Positions 10,947 to 18,787 of a DNA stretch of 64,000 nt are shown piece by piece. The DNA lies in NCBI GenBank assembly GCA_965223705.1, contig OZ245015.1, forward strand, positions 2,752,001 through 2,816,000. Direction: 5' to 3'. Within the stretch, counting starts at the first letter, position 1. The number at the start of each line of letters is the position of its first letter. The notes below the pieces were generated by a model, which ran no database searches, was not told the DNA's origin, and worked only from the letters and a program-made list of their open reading frames with translations. Position numbers and translations under genes: made by a program. The DNA comes from Myxococcota bacterium (GTDB lineage: Bacteria > Myxococcota_A > UBA9160 > UBA6930).

Positions 10947-10947
10947 C

Positions 10948-11319
10948 ATGGCATCGATGCCGAAGGCACTGCACACGGCTCTGTGTCTGTTGCTGGCCAC
11001 CGCCTGGCTCTCCCACGGCAGTGCGATCGCGGCTCACGGGCACGCCGTCGTTTCCGTTCCGACCGGATCGGCTGCGTTCGATGTGTCGGACGGACCGCGT
11101 GTGCCGGAGCACGGCTCCGACGAGATCGCCCCGCCCTGCGCGGTCTGCGCGCAGCATGCGAGCAGTGGCGGCCCGCAAGTACGCGAAGCGAGTATCGACT
11201 TCGAGCACCCCCCGGAGCGCCTGGCCTTCGGCTCCGAACGAAGCGATCTGGCCTTCGAAACCGTCCTCGGGGACGCCCTAAGCCCGAGACCACCGCCTCT
11301 TCTCGCAGCACACGTCTAG
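10948..11319 (+). CDS. DUF2946-like exported leader protein (signal peptide, CxxC, C-terminal RPPP)
   Basis: Signal-like N-terminus, HGH, CAVC, terminal SPRPPP; immediately upstream of a TonB-dependent receptor. Confidence 0.7.
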   Translation: MASMPKALHTALCLLLATAWLSHGSAIAAHGHAVVSVPTGSAAFDVSDGPRVPEHGSDEIAPPCAVCAQHASSGGPQVREASIDFEHPPERLAFGSERSDLAFETVLGDALSPRPPPLLAAHV

Positions 11320-11377
11320 ATCCGAAGCGACTCTTTGCTGTTTCGAGGCGTCCGCGCCTCCGAGAAAGGCCTTTTCC

Positions 11378-13318
11378 ATGCGCACCCTGCCGCGATGCCT
11401 TGTAGGCATCACATTTTTGTGTTCCTCCGCCGCGCTCGGCGACGAAAATCCTCCCGCGGAGGACATCCCGATCGAAATCACGGTTCCGACGATCTGGGGC
11501 CAGGACGTGAAGCCGTTCGAGGGTGTTGCCGGTCGGAACGTCGTCACCGGCGACACCCTCGACCGCTCGGTTCGACCCACCCTCGGCGAAAGTCTCGAGC
11601 GAGAAGCGGGCGTCCACGCGACGTCCTACAGCCCGGGCTCGAGTCGTCCCGTCATTCGAGGCTATGACGGACCGCGCGTCCGCGTCCTTCAAAACGGCGT
11701 CGGAACTCTCGATGCGTCGACGACCAGCCCCGACCACGCCGTGGCCGTCGAACCGCTGCTGGCGGATCGCATCGAAGTACTGCGGGGCGGAGGCGCGCTC
11801 CGCTACGGCACCTCGGCGATCGGTGGCGTCGTCAACATCCGCGACGGTCGAATTCCTTCGGATATCCCAAACGGCGGGACCTCCTTTGCCTTCCGATCCG
11901 GCTACGGAAGCAACGCCGACGAACGAAACGTCGCCGGCGGCTTGCGACTCGGCGCCGGCCATTTCGCGGTCCACGCCGAGGGGTTCCTGCGCGAGACGCA
12001 CGACCTCCACCTCTCGGGCGACGCCATCGAGAACACGGATGTCGAGGACAACCGCGGCGGTTCTATCGGAGGCTCGTTCATCTGGGAAAACGGGCACGTC
12101 GGTGCGTCGTTCAGCGGTATCGAAAGCAACTACGGGCTCGGCGGCGACGAGGACATTCGAATCGATCTCGACCAAGAGCGCTTCGACGTGGCCGGTGAGC
12201 TGCGCGGCGATTTCGGCCTGTTTCAATCCGTGAACTTCAGCGGGGCCTTCGGCGACTATGAGCACACCGAACTCGAAGGGGCCGACGTGGGCACGGTCTT
12301 CGAGAACAGAGAATTCGAGGGCCGGGTCGAGTTGCGCCATCGCCACATCGGAAATCTCGAAGGCGTGTGGGGCGTGCAGTGGAACGAGCGAGAGTTCGAA
12401 GCGATCGGCGAAGAGGCGTTCGTTCCGAAGACCGATACGCGCCAATGGGCCCTCTTCGCAGTGGAGCAATACGCCCTCGGACGCCATTTCGCCCTCGAAG
12501 CGAGCGGGCGATTCGAATACACCGACCACGACCCGGAGAGCGAAGGAAGTCAATCTTTCTCGACCCTGAGCGCGTTGGTGGGAGCGTCTTACCGCCCGCT
12601 GCCGGGCTACGTATTCGGAATCAACCTCGGCCGCACCGAGCGTACGCCTTCCGTCGAGGAGCTGTTCTCAAACGGCCCGCATCTGGCGACCAGCGGCTTC
12701 GAGATCGGCGACGCGAGCCTCGACCCCGAAGTCGGCTGGTCGATCGACGTGTCGGCCAAGAAGGACGCCGGGCGATTGCGCGGTGCGCTCAACCTGTTCT
12801 ACACGCGCTTTGACGACTTCATCTTCCAGGAACTCACAGGGGACATCGAGGACGAGCTCCCAGTGAGGCGGTACGTCCAGCGCGACGCGAACATCTACGG
12901 CGCCGAACTCGAGCTGCTCCTTGAAGCGTTCCAGACGAGGTATGTGCTGGGCCTCCTCGACTTCCACTGGGACTACGTCCGTGCGGGCGAACGCGGCGGC
13001 GGATCGTTGCCGCGCATCGCTCCGATGCGGGTGCGGATCGGTGCGGAAGCGCGCAATCCCTGGGTCGAAGGGCGCGTCGAGTTTGTCCATGTATTCGCCC
13101 AGGACCGGACCGCAGCGCTCGAAACCCGAACCACCGACTACAGCTTGATCAATGCGAGCTTGACGTTTCGGCCTGTCCCGCACCGCCACGATCTGCGAAT
13201 CATCTTGCAGGGGCGGAATCTGAGCGATCAGCGGGCGCGCAATCACATCTCGTTCTTGAAGGACGAGATTCCCCTGCCGGGGAGGGACATTCGCGTACTG
13301 GTCGCGTTCGATTACTGA
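11378..13318 (+). CDS. TonB-dependent outer membrane receptor, ZnuD-like
   Basis: Plug motifs SRPVIRG, DASTTSPDHAV, RIEVLRG...YG.SAIGGVVN; EELFSNGPHLAT; aromatic C-terminal residue. Confidence 0.9.
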   Translation: MRTLPRCLVGITFLCSSAALGDENPPAEDIPIEITVPTIWGQDVKPFEGVAGRNVVTGDTLDRSVRPTLGESLEREAGVHATSYSPGSSRPVIRGYDGPRVRVLQNGVGTLDASTTSPDHAVAVEPLLADRIEVLRGGGALRYGTSAIGGVVNIRDGRIPSDIPNGGTSFAFRSGYGSNADERNVAGGLRLGAGHFAVHAEGFLRETHDLHLSGDAIENTDVEDNRGGSIGGSFIWENGHVGASFSGIESNYGLGGDEDIRIDLDQERFDVAGELRGDFGLFQSVNFSGAFGDYEHTELEGADVGTVFENREFEGRVELRHRHIGNLEGVWGVQWNEREFEAIGEEAFVPKTDTRQWALFAVEQYALGRHFALEASGRFEYTDHDPESEGSQSFSTLSALVGASYRPLPGYVFGINLGRTERTPSVEELFSNGPHLATSGFEIGDASLDPEVGWSIDVSAKKDAGRLRGALNLFYTRFDDFIFQELTGDIEDELPVRRYVQRDANIYGAELELLLEAFQTRYVLGLLDFHWDYVRAGERGGGSLPRIAPMRVRIGAEARNPWVEGRVEFVHVFAQDRTAALETRTTDYSLINASLTFRPVPHRHDLRIILQGRNLSDQRARNHISFLKDEIPLPGRDIRVLVAFDY

Positions 13319-13327
13319 GGCGGCGCG

Positions 13328-13510
13328 CTACCAGTCGCCCGATTCGGGCGGTTGGTAGTCCGCGACCTCATCGTGTGCTTCCTCGGTCAGCCAGGAGGCC
13401 GCGAAGCGCTTGAGGACCTGATAGGCGAGCCACAGGCGCTCGTCTACATCGGGCTCGAGAAGCGCTTCCGCCGCGGCGGTCGCTTCCTCCGACAGTGCGA
13501 GCTTACCCAT
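13328..13510 (-). CDS. Small hypothetical protein (60 aa), apparent paralogue of 13526-13759
   Basis: ATG-started ORF sharing an L..A...R..ASWL...D pattern with the upstream ORF. Confidence 0.6.
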   Translation of the reverse strand: MGKLALSEEATAAAEALLEPDVDERLWLAYQVLKRFAASWLTEEAHDEVADYQPPESGDW

Positions 13511-13525
13511 GGAGCGCGAGGGGCC

Positions 13526-13759
13526 TTACGACGCCTCGCCGATCCGATCGCAAACGTCCTGACCGCTCTTCGAGAGCCAGGACGCCTTGTGACGTCCGAT
13601 CAGAGACAGGGCCGCCAGCAGACCTTGATGGCCTAGGCCTTCGAGGATGCTCACGAAATGATCTTGGGCCGCGCGCAGCATGTGCTGAGCTTCGTCGATC
13701 TTGCGATGGGCTTCGCTCAGGAGTTGCTGGTCTTCTTGAATCTTCTCTTGGGTCGCCAT
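13526..13759 (-). CDS. Small helical hypothetical protein (77 aa)
   Basis: ATG at 13759 (MATQEKIQEDQQLL...); amphipathic helical sequence with ASWL motif. Confidence 0.65.
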   Translation of the reverse strand: MATQEKIQEDQQLLSEAHRKIDEAQHMLRAAQDHFVSILEGLGHQGLLAALSLIGRHKASWLSKSGQDVCDRIGEAS

Positions 13760-13871
13760 GACTGTCTCGTCGGCCGACTCGCACCCAAACTTTTGCACGG
13801 AGTTCAGCGCTCGACGAACCGGCAGACTTTTATCGGGGAGCGGCAATTTTCGGCCTGGGCGGGACACGCCG

Positions 13872-13970
13872 GCCTGCATCGCGGGCCCTCCGCCAGCGCG
13901 GTTCGGGTTTGCGGGTCCGGAGCCGCGCAGCTCAGGGGGTTGAGCGCCCGGGAGCCTCCGCGATGCAGGC
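13872..13970. ncRNA. Candidate structured RNA / multi-stem element
   Basis: 13-bp perfect inverted repeat GCCTGCATCGCGG (13872-13884) / CCGCGATGCAGGC (13958-13970) enclosing two internal hairpins, in intergenic DNA. Confidence 0.35.
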
Positions 13971-14056
13971 GCAGCCTGTTGCGCGGGAGTGAGCCAAACA
14001 TCGACCGGGAGGGTCAATCCTTGCCGCCCGGAACGGGAGTTCCCAATCCATCCACA

Positions 14057-14734
14057 TCAGCCGAACCCGTCGAGAGCTCCCGGAACCGCGTGGGAAGAGA
14101 AGAAGACCCAAAGCGTCTCTTTGAAAATCTCCTCCTCGGAGAGGCCTTCCTGCTGGCACCAGCGCAACCGGAAGGGATGCACCAGCGCGAAGAACGTGCG
14201 CACGATGGCGCGGGTGGAAGGCTCGGGCTTGCAATGCCCTTGTTCCTTGCAACGGTTCACGATCCAGCCGGTGAAGCGGAGCACGTCCTCGTTCCGAACG
14301 GCGTCCTGCAGGTACTCGGGAACGTCCTCCGGGAAGCAAACCTGGACGGCGAGCCGACCGTAGCGGCGGACCTGTGCGAAGCCTCGCTCCGCCCACCGCA
14401 CCATCATCTCCCGACCGTCTTCGAGCTTCTGGATCTTCTGGGCGTCTTCGTACACTTCGAGCGCCATCTGCTCGACGACTTCCCGGACGAGGGCGTCGCG
14501 CCCCGGATAGTGCCGGTAGAACGTCGAATTGCCGATGCCAGCAGCTTCGGTGAAGTCCCGTAGATCTGCGTCCCAGCCTTTGTCGGCGAGCACGTCGATC
14601 GCGCAGTCGCGGATGCGTAGTCGGGTCAGCTCCGCCCGGGTGGACCCCGGGTTCGTCTTGCGCAACGCGGCGTTTTCGCGCTCGAGTTCTTCGATCCGCT
14701 GCTCGAGTTCCCGTCGGTTGGGGCGGGTCACCAT
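14057..14734 (-). CDS. TetR/AcrR-family regulator with N-terminal coiled coil
   Basis: TRLRIRDCAIDVLADKGW...AAGIGNSTFYRHYPGRDAL TetR HTH, preceded by RRELEQRIEELERENAALRK. Confidence 0.85.
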   Translation of the reverse strand: MVTRPNRRELEQRIEELERENAALRKTNPGSTRAELTRLRIRDCAIDVLADKGWDADLRDFTEAAGIGNSTFYRHYPGRDALVREVVEQMALEVYEDAQKIQKLEDGREMMVRWAERGFAQVRRYGRLAVQVCFPEDVPEYLQDAVRNEDVLRFTGWIVNRCKEQGHCKPEPSTRAIVRTFFALVHPFRLRWCQQEGLSEEEIFKETLWVFFSSHAVPGALDGFG

Positions 14735-14806
14735 GTATTGTTGCCTCAGTCCGGGTTCCACCCGCCGATTCTGCGCGACGGGCCGCCGGAATGGAAGCCC
14801 GTCGGG

Positions 14807-15973
14807 TCAGTAGGATTTCGGGAGGCCCAGGACCCGCTCGGCCAGGTAACAAAGAATGAGCTGCGGGCTGACCGGCGCCAAGCGGTGGATCAACACTTCG
14901 CGGAGATAGCGCTCCACGTGATGCTCCTTGGCGTAGCCCATCCCCCCATGGGTCATCACGGCATTGGTGCACGTTTCAAACGCCGCTTCTGCGGCGAGGT
15001 ATTTCGCGGCGTTCGCTTCGGCGCCGCACTCCTCGCCGAGGTCGTAAAGCCCCGCCGCCTTCATCACCATCAAGTTCGCCGCTTCGAGCGCTGCCCAGTT
15101 CGCGGCCAACGGATGCTGAATGCTTTGGTTTTGCCCGATCGGGCGATCGAACACGACCCGCTCGCGGGCGTAGTTTGTCGCCCTCTTGAGGGCGACCCTC
15201 CCGAGCCCGACGAGGCCGGCCGCGATCAAGATGCGCTCGGCGTTGAGCCCGGACAAGAGGTAGCGAAAACCGCGGCCCTCCTCGCCGATGCGGTGTTCGA
15301 CGGGGATCGGCAACCCCTCGATAAACAGCTCATTGGAGTCGACTGCGTTCCGACCCATCTTCTCGATCTTCCGCACGTCGACGTACTCGCGATCGAGATC
15401 GGTATAGAAGAGCGACAGGCCGTCGATCGGTCGCTCCGTTTCTTCGATGGGTGTGGTCCGCGCGATCAGGAGAATCTTGTTCGCGACCTGGGCCGTCGAG
15501 ATCCAGACCTTCTCTCCGTGGACGATGTAGTGGTCGCCGTCGCGAACGGCGCGCGTTTTCAGGCGCGTCGTGTCGTGGCCCGTGTTCGCTTCCGTGACGC
15601 CGAAGCACGCGATGTCGTCTCGGCGGATGATGCGCGGCAGCCACGCTTTCTTTTGTTCTTCGCTCCCGTGATGGACGATCGGCGATACGCCGAAGATGCC
15701 GATGGCGACGGCGGAGACGCCACTGTTCGCCGCGCCCGATTCCGAAATCGCTTGAACCACCAGCGCCGCTTCCGTCGTACCGAGGCCGCTGCCGCCGTAA
15801 GCCTCGGGGATCGCGGTTCCAATCCAACCGCCGTCGGCGAGGGCACGGCAGAGCTCTTCTGGGAAACGCCCATCGGCATCGCGATCGAGCCAGTACTGAT
15901 CATCGAAGCGAGAGCACAATTGGAGCACGCTCTCCCGAATCTGCTGGTGTTCTTCGCTGAGCCAGAGGTTCAC
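14807..15973 (-). CDS. Acyl-CoA dehydrogenase
   Basis: FGVTEANTGHD, GEKVWIS, HRIGEEGRGF, NAERILIA, THGGMGYAKE; GTG start at 15973. Confidence 0.93.
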   Translation of the reverse strand: MNLWLSEEHQQIRESVLQLCSRFDDQYWLDRDADGRFPEELCRALADGGWIGTAIPEAYGGSGLGTTEAALVVQAISESGAANSGVSAVAIGIFGVSPIVHHGSEEQKKAWLPRIIRRDDIACFGVTEANTGHDTTRLKTRAVRDGDHYIVHGEKVWISTAQVANKILLIARTTPIEETERPIDGLSLFYTDLDREYVDVRKIEKMGRNAVDSNELFIEGLPIPVEHRIGEEGRGFRYLLSGLNAERILIAAGLVGLGRVALKRATNYARERVVFDRPIGQNQSIQHPLAANWAALEAANLMVMKAAGLYDLGEECGAEANAAKYLAAEAAFETCTNAVMTHGGMGYAKEHHVERYLREVLIHRLAPVSPQLILCYLAERVLGLPKSY

Positions 15974-16117
15974 GGGCGCTCCTTCCCTCGATGAAGCCTC
16001 GCGCGATCGCGGCGAGGGCAACCGTGAGAATCTTGGGTTCTCGCTTCGAATACAAGGCCTCTTGTGGTCCAATTGCCCAATGTCAGCCGGCGACGCGTTG
16101 TTTTTCGAGCCGATCCG

Positions 16118-17173
16118 TTGAGCTTTCAGGTCACCGTCGAGCCGCTGGGCGAGATCCTCGAGGTCGAAGAAGGCCAGACCATCCTCGACGCCGCCTTGCG
16201 GGCGGGCGTCGCCCTCCCCTACGCGTGCAACCACGGCCTCTGCGGCACATGCAAGGTCGACGTCCTCGAAGGCGAGGTCGAGCACGGCGAGGCTTCGGCT
16301 TTCGCGTTGATGGACGTCGAGCGCGACGAGGGGAAGTGCCTCACCTGTTGCGCCCGGCCCCGAAGCGACCTCGTGATCGAGGCCGATGTCGAAGAGGAGC
16401 CCGACGCGCAACGGCATCCGGTGGCGGACCACCGGGCAACCGTCGTCGAGATCAGCGATCTGACCCCGACCGTGAAACGCGTACGGCTCGAAACGGAACG
16501 CCCCTTGGCGTTCCAGGCGGGGCAGTACATCAACCTGAGGGTGCCGGGGGACGAGGTACCGCGCGCCTTCTCCCTGGCCAACGCCCCGGGCGAGGCGCAG
16601 CTCGAGCTGCAAGTGAGGCTGGTTCCCGGCGGCAAGGGCACGACCTGGATTCACGAAGAGCTCGCCGCCGATACCTCGGTCTCCTTCACGGGCCCCTTGG
16701 GCCGATTCTTCGTGCGCCGAAGCCTCCCCGGAAAGCGACTGTTTCTCGCCGGTGGGTCTGGGTTGTCGAGCCCGAAGTCGATGATTCTGGCGCTCCTGGC
16801 CGCGGGGGAGTCCGCGCCGATCGAGTTGATCCACGGGGTGAGAACGAGGGAGGAACTCTACGACGACGAGCTGTTCCACGACCTCGCCGCGGACCATGAG
16901 CACTTTACCTACACCCCCGCGATCTCCGACACGGCAGGCGACGGCTTCGCGGGTGCGCGGGGGATGGTCCACGAGGTCGCGGACGAGCGCTTCGGTGGTC
17001 GCTTTGAGGACATGGTGGCGTACCTCTGCGGTCCCCCGCCGATGATCGATGCCTGCTTGACGACCCTGATGCGGGGGCGGTTGTTCGAGGAAAGAATCTT
17101 CACCGAGTCTTTTTTCACCGCCGCCGACGCCGAGCGTCCGCCTAAGCGGAGTGCGCTCTTCAAGAAGTTCTGA
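16118..17173 (+). CDS. dmpP: Phenol hydroxylase reductase ([2Fe-2S]/FAD/NADH), DmpP-like
   Basis: YACNHGLCGTCK ferredoxin motif, RAFSLAN, AGGSGLSSPKSMI, AYLCGPPPMIDAC, C-terminal RSALFKKF; TTG start inferred. Confidence 0.92.
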   Translation: MSFQVTVEPLGEILEVEEGQTILDAALRAGVALPYACNHGLCGTCKVDVLEGEVEHGEASAFALMDVERDEGKCLTCCARPRSDLVIEADVEEEPDAQRHPVADHRATVVEISDLTPTVKRVRLETERPLAFQAGQYINLRVPGDEVPRAFSLANAPGEAQLELQVRLVPGGKGTTWIHEELAADTSVSFTGPLGRFFVRRSLPGKRLFLAGGSGLSSPKSMILALLAAGESAPIELIHGVRTREELYDDELFHDLAADHEHFTYTPAISDTAGDGFAGARGMVHEVADERFGGRFEDMVAYLCGPPPMIDACLTTLMRGRLFEERIFTESFFTAADAERPPKRSALFKKF

Positions 17174-17179
17174 CCGATA

Positions 17180-17195
17180 TTGATCATTTGAGCAC
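17180..17195. promoter_or_regulatory. Putative XylR/DmpR-type upstream activating sequence
   Basis: TTGATCATTTGAGCAC resembles the TTGATCAATTGATCAA palindrome (13/16); about 40 bp upstream of the sigma-54 site. Confidence 0.45.
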
Positions 17196-17232
17196 ATGAA
17201 ACCGACGAAACAACTGGAGCGTCGCCCGCGGT

Positions 17233-17248
17233 CGGAACGCAGCTTGCA
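17233..17248 (+). promoter_or_regulatory. Sigma-54 (-24/-12) promoter upstream of dmpK
   Basis: CGGAACGCAGCTTGCA has exact GG-N10-GC spacing with TTGCA at -12. Confidence 0.7.
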
Positions 17249-17285
17249 CAGCAGATGCTGGGTCGACCTACTCTTCGGGAGAGCG

Positions 17286-17525
17286 ATGGGGCAAACTTCG
17301 GGGGTGCCGGCTGTGTCCCAGCGGGGAAGACATTCAGAACCGACCGAACGCCGCTACGTCCGGGTGACCGGAGAGCGCCGGGGCTTCGTCGAGTTCGAAT
17401 TTTCGGTGGGAGACCCCAGCGTGGCGCTCGAGATGATCCTTCCCGCCGAAGCCTTCCGGGAGTTCTGTCGGGAAAACCGGGTGCGGTTCCTACGGGAGAG
17501 ACGAGACGATGTCGATCGAGATTAA
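17286..17525 (+). CDS. dmpK: Phenol hydroxylase assembly subunit P0, DmpK-like
   Basis: RYVRVTGERRGFVEFEFSVGDP...EMILPAEAFREFC motif; ATG at 17286 with GGGAGAG RBS. Confidence 0.88.
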   Translation: MGQTSGVPAVSQRGRHSEPTERRYVRVTGERRGFVEFEFSVGDPSVALEMILPAEAFREFCRENRVRFLRERRDDVDRD

Positions 17526-18510
17526 GACGGCGACCACGGAGCCGCTCCGCACGACCTTTGATCATTTACGGGATCGGCTCGGCGAGGGGAAGACCCCGAG
17601 CCGCTATCAGGAAGCCGTCTTCGACCTTCAGGCGACGCTCAACTTCCACTACCGCCCGACTTGGGCGCCGGATTCGGCGCTGTACGATCCGGGGCTCACC
17701 GCGATCCGGATGGATGATTGGGATCAGCTCACCGACCCGCGCCAGTACTACTACGCGACCTACGTGATGGCCCGGGGGCGTCAACAGGACTCGCAAGACA
17801 AGAACTTCAGCCTCGTCGAGGACAAGAAACTCTTGGCGGGGCTCGACGCCGACGGGCGAGAGCGCTTGACGGAACTCACCGTCCCCCTCCGACACGCCGA
17901 ATGGGGCGCCAACCAGGTGAACGTCTACATCGCAGGCTACGGCTCGGGCGCGGCGATGACATCGGCCGCCACCTTCCAGGCCTTCGATCGTTTGGGGAAC
18001 GCGCAGTACCTTTCTCGCCTGGGGCTTCTGCTGGGAGACGGAGCCCCCGACGCGCTCGGTGCCGCCAAGAGCGCTTGGCTTGCGGCCCCCCACTGGCAAC
18101 CCTTGCGTCGGCTCCTCGAGGATCTCCTCGTCGAGAAAGACTGGTTCGAGGCCCACCTCGTGCAGAACTTCCTGCTCGACGGCTTGCTGCACCCCACGAT
18201 CTTCGAAGACTTTTCGGATGCCCTGGCACCCCGGGGCGGCCTCGCCTTTCCGCTGCTCACCGAATTCACCGTGGCTTGGTTCTCCGAGTCGGTGCGTTGG
18301 ACGGACGCCGTCCTGAAGCGAGCGGCGGCGGAGAGCGAGGACAACGCTCGGCAGTTCACCAGCTGGGCTGCGAACTGGACCCCTCGGATACGCGAGGCGG
18401 TAGCCCCGTTGGCGGAGCTGGCGCTGGGAGAAGCCGGCGAGGCCTGCCTCGAGGAGAACTTGGGCGCCCTGAAGAAGCGGGCCGAGAAATGTGGGATCGA
18501 GGTTTCGTGA
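17509..18510 (+). CDS. dmpL: Phenol hydroxylase beta subunit, DmpL-like
   Basis: MSIEIKT, SRYQEA.FDLQ..NFHYRPTW, DPRQYYY, DRLGNAQYLSR, DWFE. Confidence 0.93.
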   Translation: MSIEIKTATTEPLRTTFDHLRDRLGEGKTPSRYQEAVFDLQATLNFHYRPTWAPDSALYDPGLTAIRMDDWDQLTDPRQYYYATYVMARGRQQDSQDKNFSLVEDKKLLAGLDADGRERLTELTVPLRHAEWGANQVNVYIAGYGSGAAMTSAATFQAFDRLGNAQYLSRLGLLLGDGAPDALGAAKSAWLAAPHWQPLRRLLEDLLVEKDWFEAHLVQNFLLDGLLHPTIFEDFSDALAPRGGLAFPLLTEFTVAWFSESVRWTDAVLKRAAAESEDNARQFTSWAANWTPRIREAVAPLAELALGEAGEACLEENLGALKKRAEKCGIEVS

Positions 18511-18785
18511 TGGCGGACAAGGTCTTCATTGCGCTTCAGAACACCGACGACGCGAGGCCGTTGGTCGAGGCGATCCTCGAGGACAACCCGAGTGCCGAAC
18601 TCAGCGAGCTTCCGGCGATGCTGAAGATCGACGCCCCGGGCCGCCTCGTCGTGCGACGGGACACCGTCAGCGAGAAGAGCGGACGCGATTTCGACCTGCA
18701 GGAGATTCACCTGAATTTGATCTCGCTCTCGGGAAACATCGATGAGAGCGACGACGAGTTCGTATTGGCCTGGCACACGGAGTAA
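18510..18785 (+). CDS. dmpM: Phenol hydroxylase regulatory/coupling protein, DmpM-like
   Basis: KVFIALQ, VEAILEDNP, PAMLKIDAPGRL, LISLSGNIDE. Confidence 0.93.
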   Translation: MADKVFIALQNTDDARPLVEAILEDNPSAELSELPAMLKIDAPGRLVVRRDTVSEKSGRDFDLQEIHLNLISLSGNIDESDDEFVLAWHTE

Positions 18786-18787
18786 CG

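Noticed and set aside
10865..12553. Long antisense or alternate-frame ORFs (also 21479-22996, 48833-51007, 58498-60297 and others)
   Set aside because: They are shadows of well-supported genes in high-GC DNA and carry no family motifs.
13511..13528. Sec/Pyl read-through joining the two small ORFs
   Set aside because: The intervening stop is TAA, not TGA or TAG.
14807..17197. 796-aa track ORF as one fusion protein
   Set aside because: Only 14807-15973 is an acyl-CoA dehydrogenase. The rest is the antisense shadow of dmpP.
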